This document shows positions 25,901 through 40,114 of a stretch of 64,000 bases of DNA, in pieces. Each line of letters begins with the position of its first letter. Position 1 is the first letter of the stretch. The notes below the pieces were generated by a model, which saw nothing but the letters and a program-made list of their open reading frames with translations, did no database searches and was not told the DNA's origin. The position numbers and the translations under genes are program-made. Source of the stretch: Mayamaea pseudoterrestris (taxonomy: Eukaryota); NCBI GenBank assembly GCA_027923505.1, contig BROI01000002.1, forward strand, positions 1,798,001-1,862,000. Reading direction: 5' to 3'.

Positions 25901-28900
25901 ATCAAAAGATCCATCTCATGCAACATGAAAGTGACCTTGCAAGACTTGGCTGCTCCAACAAGGAGCTCATGCATGCTGTAATGTGCTCCACAAAGTTGAT
26001 CTATGATCAAGCTCAGCGCAGTGGTCTGGCAGGCTCAAAGGATACAGTTACTCATTCCAGGAATCAAAAGATCCATCTCATGCAACATGAAAGTGACCTT
26101 GCAAGACTTGGCTGCTCCAACAAGGAGCTCATGCATGCTGTAATGTGCTCCACAAAGTTAATCTATGATCAAGCTGAGCGCCTTGGCCTGGCAGGCTCCA
26201 TGGCTACAGACAATCATTCCGGGAATCAAAAGATCACACTCATGCAACATGAAAGTGACCTTGCAAGACTTGGTTGCTCCAACAAGGAGCTCATGCATGC
26301 TGTAATGCGCTCCACAAAGTTGATCTATGATCAAGCTCAGCGCAGTGGTCTGACAAGCCCAAGGCTACAGATCCTCATTCCGGGAATCAAAAGATCAAAC
26401 TCATGCAACATGAAAGTGACCTTGAAAAACTTGGCTGGTCCAACAAGGAGCTCATGCATGCTGTTATGCGCTCCACAAAGTTTATCTATGATCAAGCTCA
26501 GCGCAGTGGTCTGGCAGGCTCCAAGGCCACAAACAGTCATTCCGGGAATCAAAAGATCCATCACATGCAACATGAAAGTGATCTTGCAAGACTTGGCTGC
26601 TTCTACGAGGAGCTCATGCATGCTGTAATGTGCTCCACAAAGTTGATCTATGATCAAGCTGAGTGCCTTGGTCTGACAAGCCCAAGGCTACATAATCTCA
26701 TTCCGGGAAATAAAAGATCCATCTCATGCAACATGAAAGTGACCTTGCAAGACTTGGCTGCTCCAACAAGGAGCTCATGCATGCTGTAATGTGCTCCACA
26801 AAGTTGATCTATGATCAAGCTCAGCGCAGTGGTCTGGCAGGCTCCAAGGCTACAGACAATCATTCCGGGAATCAAAAGATCCATCTCATGCAACATGAAA
26901 GTGACCTTGCAAGACTTGGCTGCTCCAACAAGGAGCTCATGCATGCTGTAATGCGCTCCACAAAGTTGATCTATGATCAAGCTCAGCGCAGTGGTCTGAC
27001 AAGCCCAAGGCTACAGACAATCATTCCGGGAATCAAAAGATCCATCTCAGGCAACATGAAAGTGACCTTGCAAGACTTGGCTGCGGCAACAAGGAGCTCA
27101 TGCATGCTGTAATGCGCTCCACAAAGTTTATCTATGATCAAGCTCAGCATCTTGGTCTGGCAGGCTCCAAGGCTACAGACAATCATTCCGGGAATCAAAA
27201 GATCAAACTCATGCAACATGAAAGTGACCTTGAAAAACTTGGCTGGTCCAACAAGGAGCTCATGCATGCTGTTATGCGCTCCACAAAGTTAATCCATGAT
27301 AAAGCTCAGTGTCATGGTCTGACAAGCCGAAGGCTACAAACACTCATTCCGGGAATCATAAAGATCAGTTTCATGCAACATGAAAGTGACCTTGCTAAAA
27401 TGTAGCTGCTCCAACAAGGAGCTCTTTGATGCTGTAATGTGCTCCACAAAGTTAATCTATGATCAAGCTCAGCATCTTGGTCTGACAAGCCCAAGGCTAC
27501 AGATCCTCATTCCGGGAATCAAAAGATCCATCTCATGCAACATGAAAGAAACCTTGCAAGACTTGGTTGCTCCAACAAGGAGCTCATGCATGCTGTTATG
27601 TGCTCCACTAGGTTTATTCATGATCAAGCTCAGCGCAGTGGTCTGGCAGGCTCCAAGGCTACAGACACTCATTCCGGGAATCAAAAGATCAGTCTCATGC
27701 AACACCAAAGTGACCTTGCAAGACTTGGCTGCTCCAACAAGAAGCTCATGCATGCTGTTAATGTGCTCCACAAAAGATTCATAATGCTCAGCGCAGAGGT
27801 CTGGCAGGCTCCAAGGCTACAAACACTCATTCCAGGAATCAAAAGATCAGTCTCATGCATCATGATAGTGACCTTGCTAAAACATAGCTGCTCCAACAAG
27901 AATCTCATGCATGCTGTGAATGCGCTTCACAAAGTTGATCCATGATCAAGCTCAGCGCAGTGGTCTGACAAGCCCAAGGCTACAGACACTCATTCCGGGA
28001 ATCAAAAGATCCATCTCATGCAACATGAAAGTGACCTTGCAAGACTTGGCTGCTCCAACAAGGAGCTCATGCATGCTGTAATGTGCTCCAGAAATATGAT
28101 CTATGATCAAGCTCAGCGCAGTGGTCTGGCAGGCTCCAAGGCTACAGACAATCATTCCGGGAATCAAAAGATCCACCTCATGCAACATGAAAGTGACCTT
28201 GCAAGACTTGGCTGCTCCAACAAGGAGCTCATGCATGCTGTAATGCGCTCCACAAAGTGTTCTATGATCAAGCTCAGCATCTCGGTCTGGCAGGCTCCAA
28301 GGCTACAGACAATCATTCCGGGAATCAAAAGATCAAACTCATGCAACATGAAAGTGACCTTGCAAGACTTGGCTGCTCCAACAAGGAGCTCATGCATGCT
28401 GTAATGCGCTCCACAAAGTTGATCTATGATCAAGCTCAGCGCCTTGGTCTGGCAGGCTCCGAGGCTACAGACAATCATTCCGGGAATCAAAAGATCAATC
28501 TCATGCAACATGAAAGTGACCTTGCAAGACTTGGCTGCTCCAACAAGGAGCTTATGCATGCTGTAATGCGCTCCAGAAAGTTAATCTATGATCAAGCTCA
28601 GCATCTTGGTCTGACAAGCCCAAGGCTACAGATCCTCATTCCGGGAATCAAAAGATCCATCTCATACAACATGAAAGTGACCTTGCAAGACTTGGGTTGC
28701 TCCAACAAGGAGCTCTTTGATGCTGTAATGTGCTCCACAAAGTTGATCTATGATCAAGCTGAGCGCCTTGGTCTGACAAGCCCAAGGCTACAGATCTTCA
28801 TTCCGGGAAATAAAAGATCCATCTCATGCAACATGAAAGTGACCTTGCAAGACTTGGCTGCTCCAACAAGGAGCTCATGCATGCTGTAATGTGCTCCAGA

Positions 28901-31900
28901 AATATGATCTATGATCAAGCTCAGCGCAGTGGTCTGGCAGGCTCTAATGCTACAGACACTCATTCCGGTATTCAAAAGATCAGTCTCATGCAACACCAAA
29001 GTGACCTTGCAAGACTTGGCTGCTCCAACAAGAAGCTCATGCATGCTGTAATATGCTCCACAAAGTTGATCTTTGATCAAGCTCAGTGCAGTGTCTGGCA
29101 GGCTCCAAGGCTACAGTCACTCATTCCGGGAACCAAAAGATCCATCTTATGCAACATGAAACCAACCTTGCAAATACTTGGCTGCTCCAACAAGGAGCTC
29201 ATGCACGCTGCTGTAATGTGCTCCACAAAGTTGATCTATGATCAAGCTGAGCGCCTTGGTCTGACAAGCCCAAGGCTACAGACAATCATTCCGGGAATCA
29301 AAAGATCCATCTCATGCAACATGAAAGTGACCTTGCAAGACTTGGCTGCTCCAACAAGGAGCTCATGCATGCTGTAATGCGCTCCACAAAGTTGATCTAT
29401 GATCAAGCTCAGCATCTTGGTCTGACAAGCCCAAGGCTACAGATCCTCATTCCGGGAATCAAAAGATCCATCTCATGCAACATGAAAGTGACCTTGCAAG
29501 ACTTGGCTGCTCCAACAAGGAGCTCATGCATGCTGTTATGCACTCCACTAGGTTTATTCATGATCAAGCTCAGCGCAGTGGTCTGGCAGGCTCCAAGGCT
29601 ACAGACACTCATTCCGGGAATCAAAAGATCAGTCTCATGCAACACCAAAGTGACCTTGCAAGACTTGGCTGCTCCAACAAGAAGCTCATGCATGCTGTAA
29701 TATGCTCCACAAAGTTGATCTTTGATCAAGCTCAGTGCAGTGTCTGGCAGGCTTTGAGGCTACAGTCACTCATTCCGGGAACCAAAAGATCCATCTTATG
29801 CACCATGAAACCGACCTTGCAAATACTTGGCTGCTCTAACAAGGAGCTCATGCACGCTGTAAATGCGCTCCACAAAGTTAATCCCTGATCAGGGCTCAGC
29901 ACCTTGGTCTGACAACCCCAAGGCTAAAGACACTCATTCCGGGAATCAAAAGATCAGTTTCATGCAACATGAAAGTGACCTTGCAAGACTTGGCTGCTCC
30001 AACAAGGAGCTCATGCATGCTGTAAATGCGCTCCACAAAGTTAATCCATGATAAAGCTCAGCGTCATGGTCTGACAAGCCCAAGGCTACAGACACTCATT
30101 CCGGGAATCAAAAGATCAGACTCATGCAACATGAAAGTGACCTTGCTAAAATGTAGCTGCTCCAACAAGGAGCTCATGCATGCTGTTATGCACTCCACTA
30201 AGTTTATTCATGATCAAGCTCAGCACAGTGGTCTGGCAGGCTCTAATGCTACAGACACTCATTCCGGTATTCAAAAGATCAGTCTCATGCAACACCAAAG
30301 TAACCTTGCAAGACTTGGCTGCTCCAACAAGAAGCTCATGCATGCTGTAATATGCTCCACAAAATTGATCTTTGATCAAGCTCAGCGCAGTGTCTGGCAG
30401 GCTCCAAGGCTACAGTCACTCATTCCGGGAATCAAAAGATCCATCTTATGCAACATGAAACCGACCTTGCAAGAGATGGCTGCTCCAACAAGGACCTCAT
30501 GCATGCTGTAGATGTGCTCCACAAAGTTTGATCAATGATCAAGCTCAGCGCAGTGGTCTGGCAGGCTCCAAGGCTACAGACACTCATTCCGGGAATCAAA
30601 AGATCAGTCTCATGCAACATGAAAGTGACCTTGCAAGACTTGGCTGCTCCAACAAGGAGCTCATTCATGCTGTAATATGCTCCACAAAGTTGATCTTTGA
30701 TCAAGCTCAGTGCAGTGTCTGGCAGGCTCCAAGGCTACAGTCACTCATTCCGGGAACCAAAAGATCCATCTTATGCAACATGAAACCAACCTTGCAAATA
30801 CTTGGCTGCTCCAACAAGGAGCTCATGCATGCTGTTAATTCGCTCCACAAAGTTAATCCCTGACCAGGCTCAGCACCTTGGTCTGACAAACCTAAGGCTA
30901 CAAACACACATTCCGGGAATCAAAAGTTCCATCTCTTGCAACATGAAGTGAATTTGCAAGACTTGGCTGCTCCAACAAGGATCTCACGCATGCTCTAAAT
31001 GTGCTCAGAACAAAGTTGTTCTATGATCAAGCTCAGCACCGTGGTCTGACAAGCCCAAGGCTACAGACACTCATTCCGGGAATCATAAGATCAGACTCAC
31101 GCAACATGAAAGCAACCTTGCAAGACTTGGCTGCTCCAACAAGGAGCTCATGCATGCTGTTATGCACTCCACTAGGTTTATTCATGATCAAGCTCAGCGC
31201 AGTGGTCTGGCAGGCTCTAATGCTACAGACACTCATTCCGGTATTCAAAAGATCAGTCTCATGCAACACCAAAGTGACCTTGCAAGACTTGGCTGCTCCA
31301 ACAAGAAGCTCATGCATGCTGTAATATGCTCCACAAAATTGATCTTTGATCAAGCTCAGCGCAGTGTCTGGCAGGCTCCAAGGCTACAGTCACTCATTCC
31401 GGGAATCAAAAGATCCATCTTATGCAACATGAAACCAACCTTGCAAGAGATGGCTGCTCCAACAAGGACCTCATGCATGCTGTAATGTGCTCCACAAAGT
31501 TTGATCAATGATCAAGGTCAGCGTAGTGGTCTGGCAGGCTCCAAGGCTACAGACACTCATTCCGGGAATCAAAAGATCAGTCTCATGCAACACAAAAGTG
31601 ACCTTACAAGACTTGGCTGCTCCAACAAAAAGCTCATACATGCTTTAGATGTGCTCCACAAAGTTATTCTATGATCAAGCTCAGCGCAATGGTCTGGCAG
31701 GCTCCAATGCTATAGACACTCATACCAGGAATCAAAAGATCAGTATCATGCAACATGATAGTGACCTTGCAAGACTTGGCTGCTCCAACAAGAAGCTCAT
31801 GCATGCTGTAATGTGCTCCATAAGGTGATCTATGATCAAGCTCAGCCTTGGTCTGGCAGGCTCCAATGCTAAAGACACTCATTCCGGGAATCAAAAGATC

Positions 31901-34240
31901 AGTCTCATGCAACATGAAAGTGACCTTGCAAAAACTTTGCTGCTCCAACAAGGAGCTCATGCATGCTGTAAATGCGCTCCACAAAGTTAATCCATGATAA
32001 AGCTCAGTGTCATGGTCTGACAAGCCGAAGGCTAAAGACACTCATTCCGGGGTGCAAAAGATCAGTCTCATGCAACATGATAGTGACCTTGCTAAAACAT
32101 AGCTGCTCCAACAAGGAGCTCATGCATGCTGTAAATGCGCTCCACAAAGTTAATCCATGATAAAGCTCAGCGTCGTGGTCTGACAAGCCCAAGGCTACAG
32201 ACACTCATTCCGGGAATCAAAAGATCCATCTCATGCAACATGAAAGCAACCTTGCAAGACTTGGCTGCTCCAACAAGGAGCTCATGCATGCTGTTATGTG
32301 CTCCACTAGGTTTATTCATGATCAAGCTCAGCGCAGTGGTCTGGCAGGCTCCAAGGCTACAGACACTCATTCCGGTATTCAAAAGATCAGTCTCATGCAA
32401 CACCAAAGTAACCTTGCAAGACTTGGCTGCTCCAACAAGAAGCTCATGCATGCTGTTAATGTGCTCCACAAAAGATTCATAATGCTCAGCGCAGAGGTCT
32501 GGCAGGCTCCAAGGCTACAAACACTCATTCCAGGAATCAAAAGATCAGTCTCATGCATCATGATAGTGACCTTGCTAAAACATAGCTGCTCCAACAAGGA
32601 TCTCATGCATGCTGTGAATGCGCTTCACAAAGTTGATCCATGATTAAGCTCAGCGCAGTGGTCTGACAAGCCCAAGGCTACAGACACTCATTCCGGGAAT
32701 CAAAAGATCAGTCTCATGCAACATGAAAGCAACCTTGCTAAAACATAGCTGCTCCAGCAATGATCTCATGCATGCTGTGAATGCGCTTCAAAAAGTTAAT
32801 CCATGATCAAGCTCAGCGCAGTGGTCTGACAAGCCCAAGGCTACAGACACTCATTTCGGGAATCAAAAGATCAGACTCATGCAACATGAAAGCAACCTTG
32901 CAAGACTTGGCTGCTCCAGCGGTATGATCACTCAAGTTGATTTGTGCACGTGGCACTGCATGCCAAAGATCAGTCAAAGACCTTTGCTAAAACTTGGCTG
33001 CTCAACAAGGTGCTCATGCTGTGAATGCACTCCACAAAGTTGATTCATGATGCTCAGCGCAGTGGTCTGGCAGGCTCCAAGGCTACAGACACTCATTCCG
33101 GGAACCAAAAGATCAGTCTCTTGCAACACCAAAGTGACCTTGCTAAAACATAGCTGCTCCAACAAGGATCTCATGCATGCTGTGAATGCGCTTCACAAAG
33201 TTAATCCATGATCAAGCTCAGCGCAGTGGTCTGACAAGCCCAAGGCTACAGACACTCATTCCGGGAATCAAAAGATCAGACTCATGCAACATGAAAGCAA
33301 CCTTGCAAGACTTGGCTGCTCCAACAAGGAGCTCATGCATGCTGTTATGCGCTCCACTAAGTTTATTCATGATCAAGCTCAGCGCAGTGGTCTGGCAGGC
33401 TCCAAGGCTACAGACACTCATTCCGGGAATCAAAAGATCAGTCTCATGCAACACCAAAGTGACCTTGCAAGACTTGGCTGCTCCAACAAGGAGCTCATGC
33501 ATGCTGTAAATGCGCTCCACAAAGTTAATCCATGATAAAGCTCAGTGTCATGGTCTGACAAGCCCAAGGCTACAAACACTCATTCCGGGAATCGAAAGAT
33601 CAGTTTCAAGCAACATGATAGTGACCTTGCTGAAACATAGCTGCTCCAACAAGGATCTCATGCATGCTGTGAATGCGCTCCACAAAGTTGATTCATGATC
33701 AAGCTCAACACCTTGGTCTGACAGGCTCTAAGGCTACAGACACTCATTCTGGGAATCAAAAGATCCATCTCATGCAACATGAAAGCAACCTTGCAAGACT
33801 TGGCTGCTCCAACAAGGAGCTCATGCATGCTGTTATGCGCTCCACAAAGTTAATCCCTGATCAAGCTCAGCGCCTTGGTCTTTTCATGATCAAGCTCAGC
33901 GTCATGGTCTGACAAGCCCAAGGCTACAGACACTCATTCCGGGAATCAAAAGATCAGACTCATGCAACATGAAAGCGACCTTGCAAGACTTGGCTGCTCC
34001 AACAAGAAGCTCATGCATGCTGTAATGTGCTCCACAAAGTTGATTCATAATGCTCAGCGCAGTGTCTAACAGGCTCCAAGGCTACAGTCACTTACTTCGG
34101 GAACTAAAAGATCCGTCTCATGCATCATGAAAGTGACCTTGCAGAGACTTGCAAGGACAGCATGCGTGCAAGGCTCAGTTGACTATGAAGCTTTTCCAAC
34201 CCGGCTGTCTGTTGACATCCTACCTCCAGCATCATGCGGA

Positions 34241-37200
34241 GGTATACCATTAAATGGATTGCATATCCTGCATCCTTTATGCATGCCTAGTAACCGCAGA
34301 GACTCAGATTGAAGCTGGCTGGTACATGCCTATGGCTATTGAGTGTATTGGTTTTGAATAGCTGAAACCATGGTTGAGCCCAACCCTGGTCATTTTACTG
34401 AAGGGTTTGAAGATATACCATTGAATGGATTGCATATCCTTTATCCTTTATGCATGCCTAGCAACCGCAGAGACTCACTGGCTGGCACATGGCTACCATT
34501 GAATGGATTGCATATCCTGCATCCTTTATGCATGCCTAGCAACCGCAGAGACTCAGATTGAAGCTGGCTGGCACATGCCTATGGCTATTGAGTGTGTTTG
34601 TTTTGAATAGCTGAAACCATTGATGAACCCAACCCCAGTCATTTTACCAGAGGGTTTGAAGGTATACCATTGAGTGGATTGCACATCCTGCATCCTTTAT
34701 GCATGCCTAGCAACCGCAGAGACTCATATTGAAGCTGGCTGGCACATGGCTATGGCTATTGAGTGTGTTTATATTTGAGTAGCTGGACCCATGCGAACCC
34801 AACCCCAGTCATTTTACTGGAGGGTTTGAAGGTATACCATTGAATGGATTGCACATCCTGCATCCTTTATGCATGCCTAGCAACTGCAAAGACTCAGATT
34901 GAAGCTGGCTGGCACATGGCCATTGAGTGTGTTTGTATTTGAGTAGCTGAAGTTATGGCTGAACCCAACCCTAGTCATTTGACTGGAGGGTTTGAAGGTA
35001 TACCATTGAATGGATTGCACATCCTGCATTCTTTATGCATGCCTAGCAACCGCAGAGCCTCACTGACTGGCACATGGCTATGGCTATTGAGTGTGTTTGT
35101 TTTGAATAGCTGAAACCATTGATGAACCCAACCCCAGTCATTTTACCAGAGGGTTTGAAGGTATACCATTGAGTGGATTGCACATCCTGCATCCTTTATG
35201 CATGCCTAACAACCGCAGAGCCTCACTGGCTGGCTCATGGCTATGGCTATTTAGTGTTTTTGTATTTGAATTAACCATGGCTGAACCCAACCCCGGTCAT
35301 TTTACTGGAGGGGTTGAAGGTATAACATTGAATGGATTGCACATCCTGCATTCTTTATACATGCCTAGCAACCGCAGAGACTCAGATTGAAGCTGGCTGG
35401 CACATGCCTATGGCTATTGAGTGTGTTTTTATTTGAGTAGCTGGACCCATGCCGAACCCAACCCCGGTCGTTTTCCTGGAGGAGTTGTAGGTATACCATT
35501 TAATGAATTGCACATCCTGCATTCTTTAACCTAGCAACCGAAGAGACTCATATTGAAGCTGAATGGCCCATGGATATGGCTATTGAGTGTGTTTGTATTT
35601 GAGTAGCTAAAACCCATGCTGAAACTAACCCTGGTCATTTCCTGGCGGGTTTGTAGGTAAACCATTTAATGAATTGCACATCCTGCATCCTTTAATCCAT
35701 GCCTAGCAACCAAAGAGACTCATATTGAAGCTGGCTGGCTCCTGGCTATGGCTATTGAGTGTGTTTGTATTTGAATAGCTGAAACCATTGATGAACCCAA
35801 CCCTAGTCAGTTTACTGGAGGGTTTGAAGGTATACCATTCATTGGATTGTACTTCCTGCATCCTTTAATTCATGCCTAGCAACTGCAGAGACTCATATTG
35901 AAGCAGGCTGGCTCATGGCTATGGCTATTGAGTGTGTTTAAATTTGAGTACTGAAACCCATTGCTGGAACCCAACCCGGTCATTTTACTGGAGGGTTTGA
36001 AGGTATACCATTGAATGGATTTGCACATCCTGCATCTTTTTATACATGCCTAGCAAACCGCAAGAGACTCATATTGAAGGATGGCTCATGGCTATGGCTA
36101 TTGAGTGTTTTTATTTGAATAGCTGAAACCCATGCTGACCCACCGTCATGCCCTGCAACGCACTCATATTGACTGGCGCTGTGTACCAACCACCATCTGT
36201 TTTGAATGGATTGCACATCTCCTTTATGCATGCCCTAGCCACCAGGCATATTGAAGCAGCTGGCTCATGGCTATGGCTATTGAGCGTGTTTTATTTGAAT
36301 AGCTGGAAACCATCAACCCAACGCTCATTTTTCCTGTGAGCTTTGTATAATTGAATGGATTGCACATCCTGCATATCCATCCTAGCAACCACAGAACTCA
36401 TTGTGAAGCAGCTGAGCTCATGGCTATGGCTTTGCGTGTGTTTGTATTTGAATAGCTGAAACCATTGCTGAACCCAACCTTTCCTGTTTTGTAGTAAAAT
36501 TGAATGGTGCACATCTTCCATGCCCTAGAACCAGAATTTGAAACAGCTGGCTCATGGCTATGGCTATTGGTGTGTTTGTTTAAACACTCAACCCCGTCAT
36601 TTTCCTGAAGGTTGTGGTATACCATTGAATGAACTCACCTGCATCTACACCCCAACTCAGCAATATTTTTGTTTGTATTTGAACTGAACCCAACCTCGTC
36701 ATGTTCCTGGAGGGTTTGTAGGTATGAATGGTTGCACACACATCCTTTATGCATGCACGGAACGCGTCATATTGAAGCAGCTGGCTGCTTGGCTTTTGTT
36801 GTTTTTTGATTCTACCAACCCTCATTTTCCTGGAGAGTTTGTAGGTATACCATTGAATGGTTTCCAATCCCTTTATACTTGCAACCGCAGAAGACACATA
36901 TTGAAGCTGTGGCGGGCTCTTGGCTGCTATTGAGTGTGTTTGTGTTATTTAAGTAGCTGAAACCATTGCTGAACCCACCCGTCATTTTCCTGGATGGTTT
37001 TGAAGACAACATTGAATTATGCATCCTGCATCCTTTAGCATGCCCTAGCAACCACAGGAGACTCAGATTGAAGCTGGCTGGCTCATGGCTATGGCTATTG
37101 GGTGTGTTTATATTTGGGGTAGCTGGACCCATCTGAACCATTTTTCCTGGAGTTGTATATGAATTGACTTCCTGCATCTTTTATCCATCCCTGCACCAAA

Positions 37201-39965
37201 CTCAGATTGAAGCTCTGGCTCATCTATCTTTTTTGTGATACTGACCTTGCCAAACCACGTTTGTAACCATTGAATGGATTGTATTCCTCTCTTCATGCCT
37301 AGCAACCGCAGGAGGAGAACTCATATTGAACTGGCTGGCTCATGACTATGGCTATTGAGTGTGTTTGTATTTGAACAGCTGAAACCATTGCTGAACCGTC
37401 ATTTTACTGGAGGTTTTTGAGTATACTATTGAATGGAATGCACATCCTGCATCCTTTATGCATGCCTCAACACGAGACTCATATTGAAGCCGGCTGATAC
37501 ATGCTATGGCTATTGTTGTTTTTTTTTTCTGAACCCTCGGTTGACTCCTGCATCTTTTGCACTGCCTCAAGGACCTCAGCTGCTGGCTTCTTTTTGTTGC
37601 TGGCCTAACCCTACTCATTTTGGGGTGATACTTGAATCAAGCGCATCTTTATCTCCTCAAGACTAGATGGATGCTGGTGTCCGCTTTTGCCCAACGTAGT
37701 TGAATGGATGCAACCTGCATCTTTTATTCATACCTAGCAACCGCAAACTCAAACTTTTGATGCAGCTGGCCGGTTGCTTCGAGTGTGTTTGTGGCATCCT
37801 GGAGGGGTTTGTAGTAAGATTCACCATCTTTTGCATGCCTAGCAACCGCAGAACTCATATTGAAGCAGATGGCTCATGCTATCTATTGATTGTTTGTATT
37901 GAATCTGAAACCTCTGCACACAACCCCGGTCATTTTACTGGATTTGAAGGTATACCATTGAATGGATTGCACATCCTGCATCCTTTACATGCCTAGCAAC
38001 CGCAGAGACTCAGATTGAGCTGGCTGGCACATGCTGCTATTGAGTGTGTTTGTTTTTGTACTGAACGAACCCAACCCGGTCATTTGACTGGAGGGTTTGA
38101 AGGTATACCATTGAATGGATTGCACATCCTGCATTCTTTATGCATGCCTAGCAACCGCAGAGCCTCACTGACTGGCACATGGCTATGGCTATTGAGTGTG
38201 TTTGTATTTGAATAGCTGAAACCATGGCTGAACCCAACCCTAGTCAGTTTACTGGAGGGTTTGAAGGTATACCATTGAATGGATTGCACATCCTGCATCC
38301 TTTATACATGCCTAGCAACCGCAGAGACTCATAATGAAGCTGGATGGCCCATGGCTACAGCTATTGAGTGTGTTTATATTTGAGTAGCTGGACCCATGCC
38401 GAACCCAACCCCAGTCATTTTCCTGGAGGCGTTGTAGGTATACCATTGAATGGATTGCACATCCTGCATCCTTTAAGCATTCCTAGCAACCGCAGAGCCT
38501 CATATTGAAGCTAGATGGCCCATGGATATGGCTATTGAGTGTGTTTGAATAGCTGAAACCCATGTGCCTGTCAGACACCACCAAAACCCACCCAACCCCA
38601 GTCATTTTACTGGAGGGTGTGAAAATAGACCATTGAACGGATTGCAAATCCTACTTCCATAATCCATGCCTTGCAACTGCAGAGACTCATATTGAAGCAG
38701 GCTGGCTCATGGCTATGGCTATTGAGCATGTTTGTATTTGAATAGCTGAAACCATTGATGAACCCAACCCCAGTCCTTTTACTGGTAGGTTTGAAGGTAT
38801 ACCATTGAATTGATTGCACATTCTGCATCCTTTATGCATGCCTAGCCACCGCCGAGACTCAGATTGAAGCTGGCTGGCACATGGCTATGTCTGTTGAGTG
38901 TGTTTATATTTGAGGAGCTGGACCCATGCCAAACCCAATCCCAGTCGTTTTCCTGGAGGAGCTGTAGGTATACCATTGAATGGATTGCACATCCTTCATC
39001 CTTACTGCGTGCCTAGCAACCACAGAGACTCATATTGCATCTGGCTGCCCCGTGGCTAGGACTATTGAGTGTGTTTGAATAGCTGAAGCCCATGTGCCTG
39101 CCAGCCACCACCAAACCCCACCCAACCCCACCCAACCCCGGTCATTTTACTGGAGGGTTTGAAGGTATATGGTTGAATGGATTGCACATCCTGGATCCTA
39201 TGTCCATGTCTAGCAACCGCAGAGACTCAGATTGAAGTTTGCTGGCACATGGCTATGGCTATTTAGTGTGTCTGAATAGCTGAAACCGTTGTGCCTGCCA
39301 GCCACCACCAAACCCCACCCAACCCCGGTCATTTTACTGGAGGGTGTGAAGATAAACCATTGAACTGATTGCAAATCCTACATCCTTTATGCATGCCTAG
39401 CAACCGCAGAGACTCATATTGAAGCAGGCCAGCTCATGGCAATTGAGTGTGTCTGTATTTGAATAGCTGAAAATGTTGCTGTACCCAACTCCAGTCATTT
39501 TTCTGGAGGGTTTGAAGGTACACCATTGATTAGATTACACATCCTGCATCCTATGGGCATGCCTAGCAACCGCAGAGACTCATATTGAAGCTGGATGGCC
39601 CGTGGCTATGGCTATTGAGTGTGTTTGAATAGCTGAAACCGTTGTGTCTGCCAGCCATTACCAAACCCCAGCCATTTTATTGGAGGAGTTGTAGGTATAA
39701 AATAATATCACATCCTTTATGTGTAGAGTATAAGTGACTCGCGAGTGTGTTTTTGTCGCACTGTCAGTGCAGCCGAAACCATGCTGACCCAACCCGTCAA
39801 ATTCCGGAGGAGTTGTAGGTATACCATTGAATAAATTGCACATCCTGCATCCCATGTCCATGCCTAGCAACCGCAGAGACTCAGATTGAAGCTGGCTGGC
39901 ACATGGCTAGGGCCATTGAGTGTGTTTTATTGACTGTAAATGTTTTCCCTGCCAGCCACCACCCA
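34241..39965. repeat. Satellite B, right array, same orientation as the left array, roughly 30 copies; indel-ridden at ~35950-38000
   Basis: Same 172/187-bp monomer as 10573-13080. Confidence 0.95.
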
Positions 39966-40114
39966 ACTCAAACTTACCTTGGTGATTAGTGTAGAAGGAA
40001 CAGGTAGGTACTTGACTGTGAACTCACAATTTGCATCCAGGCTCAGATAGTGTAAGGTTGCTAAAACGATGATAGTGGCTACCGGTAGTACTTTTTGGCC
40101 AACATATTGGTTAG

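Larger units (their letters stand above)
13081..34143. repeat. Satellite A: 161/162-bp monomers, roughly 100 copies, interrupted by retroelements
   Basis: CATGCAACATGAAAGTGACCTTGCAAGACTTGGCTGCTCCAACAAGGAGCTCATGCATGCTG recurs every 161-162 bp (e.g. 24626->24787, 25110->25271), all head-to-tail. Confidence 0.98.

Noticed and set aside
13081..34143. Many ORFs (up to 290 aa) in satellite A, and similar ORFs in B, C and E, as repeat proteins
   Set aside because: They arise because 162 and 348 are multiples of 3. The 161-bp monomers shift frame freely, ORFs occur on both strands, and there is no recognisable domain.
35950..38000. Heavily degenerate satellite B as an ancient eroded layer
   Set aside because: Dense small indels with abrupt return to clean monomers on both sides look more like low-coverage long-read consensus error; unresolved without reads.
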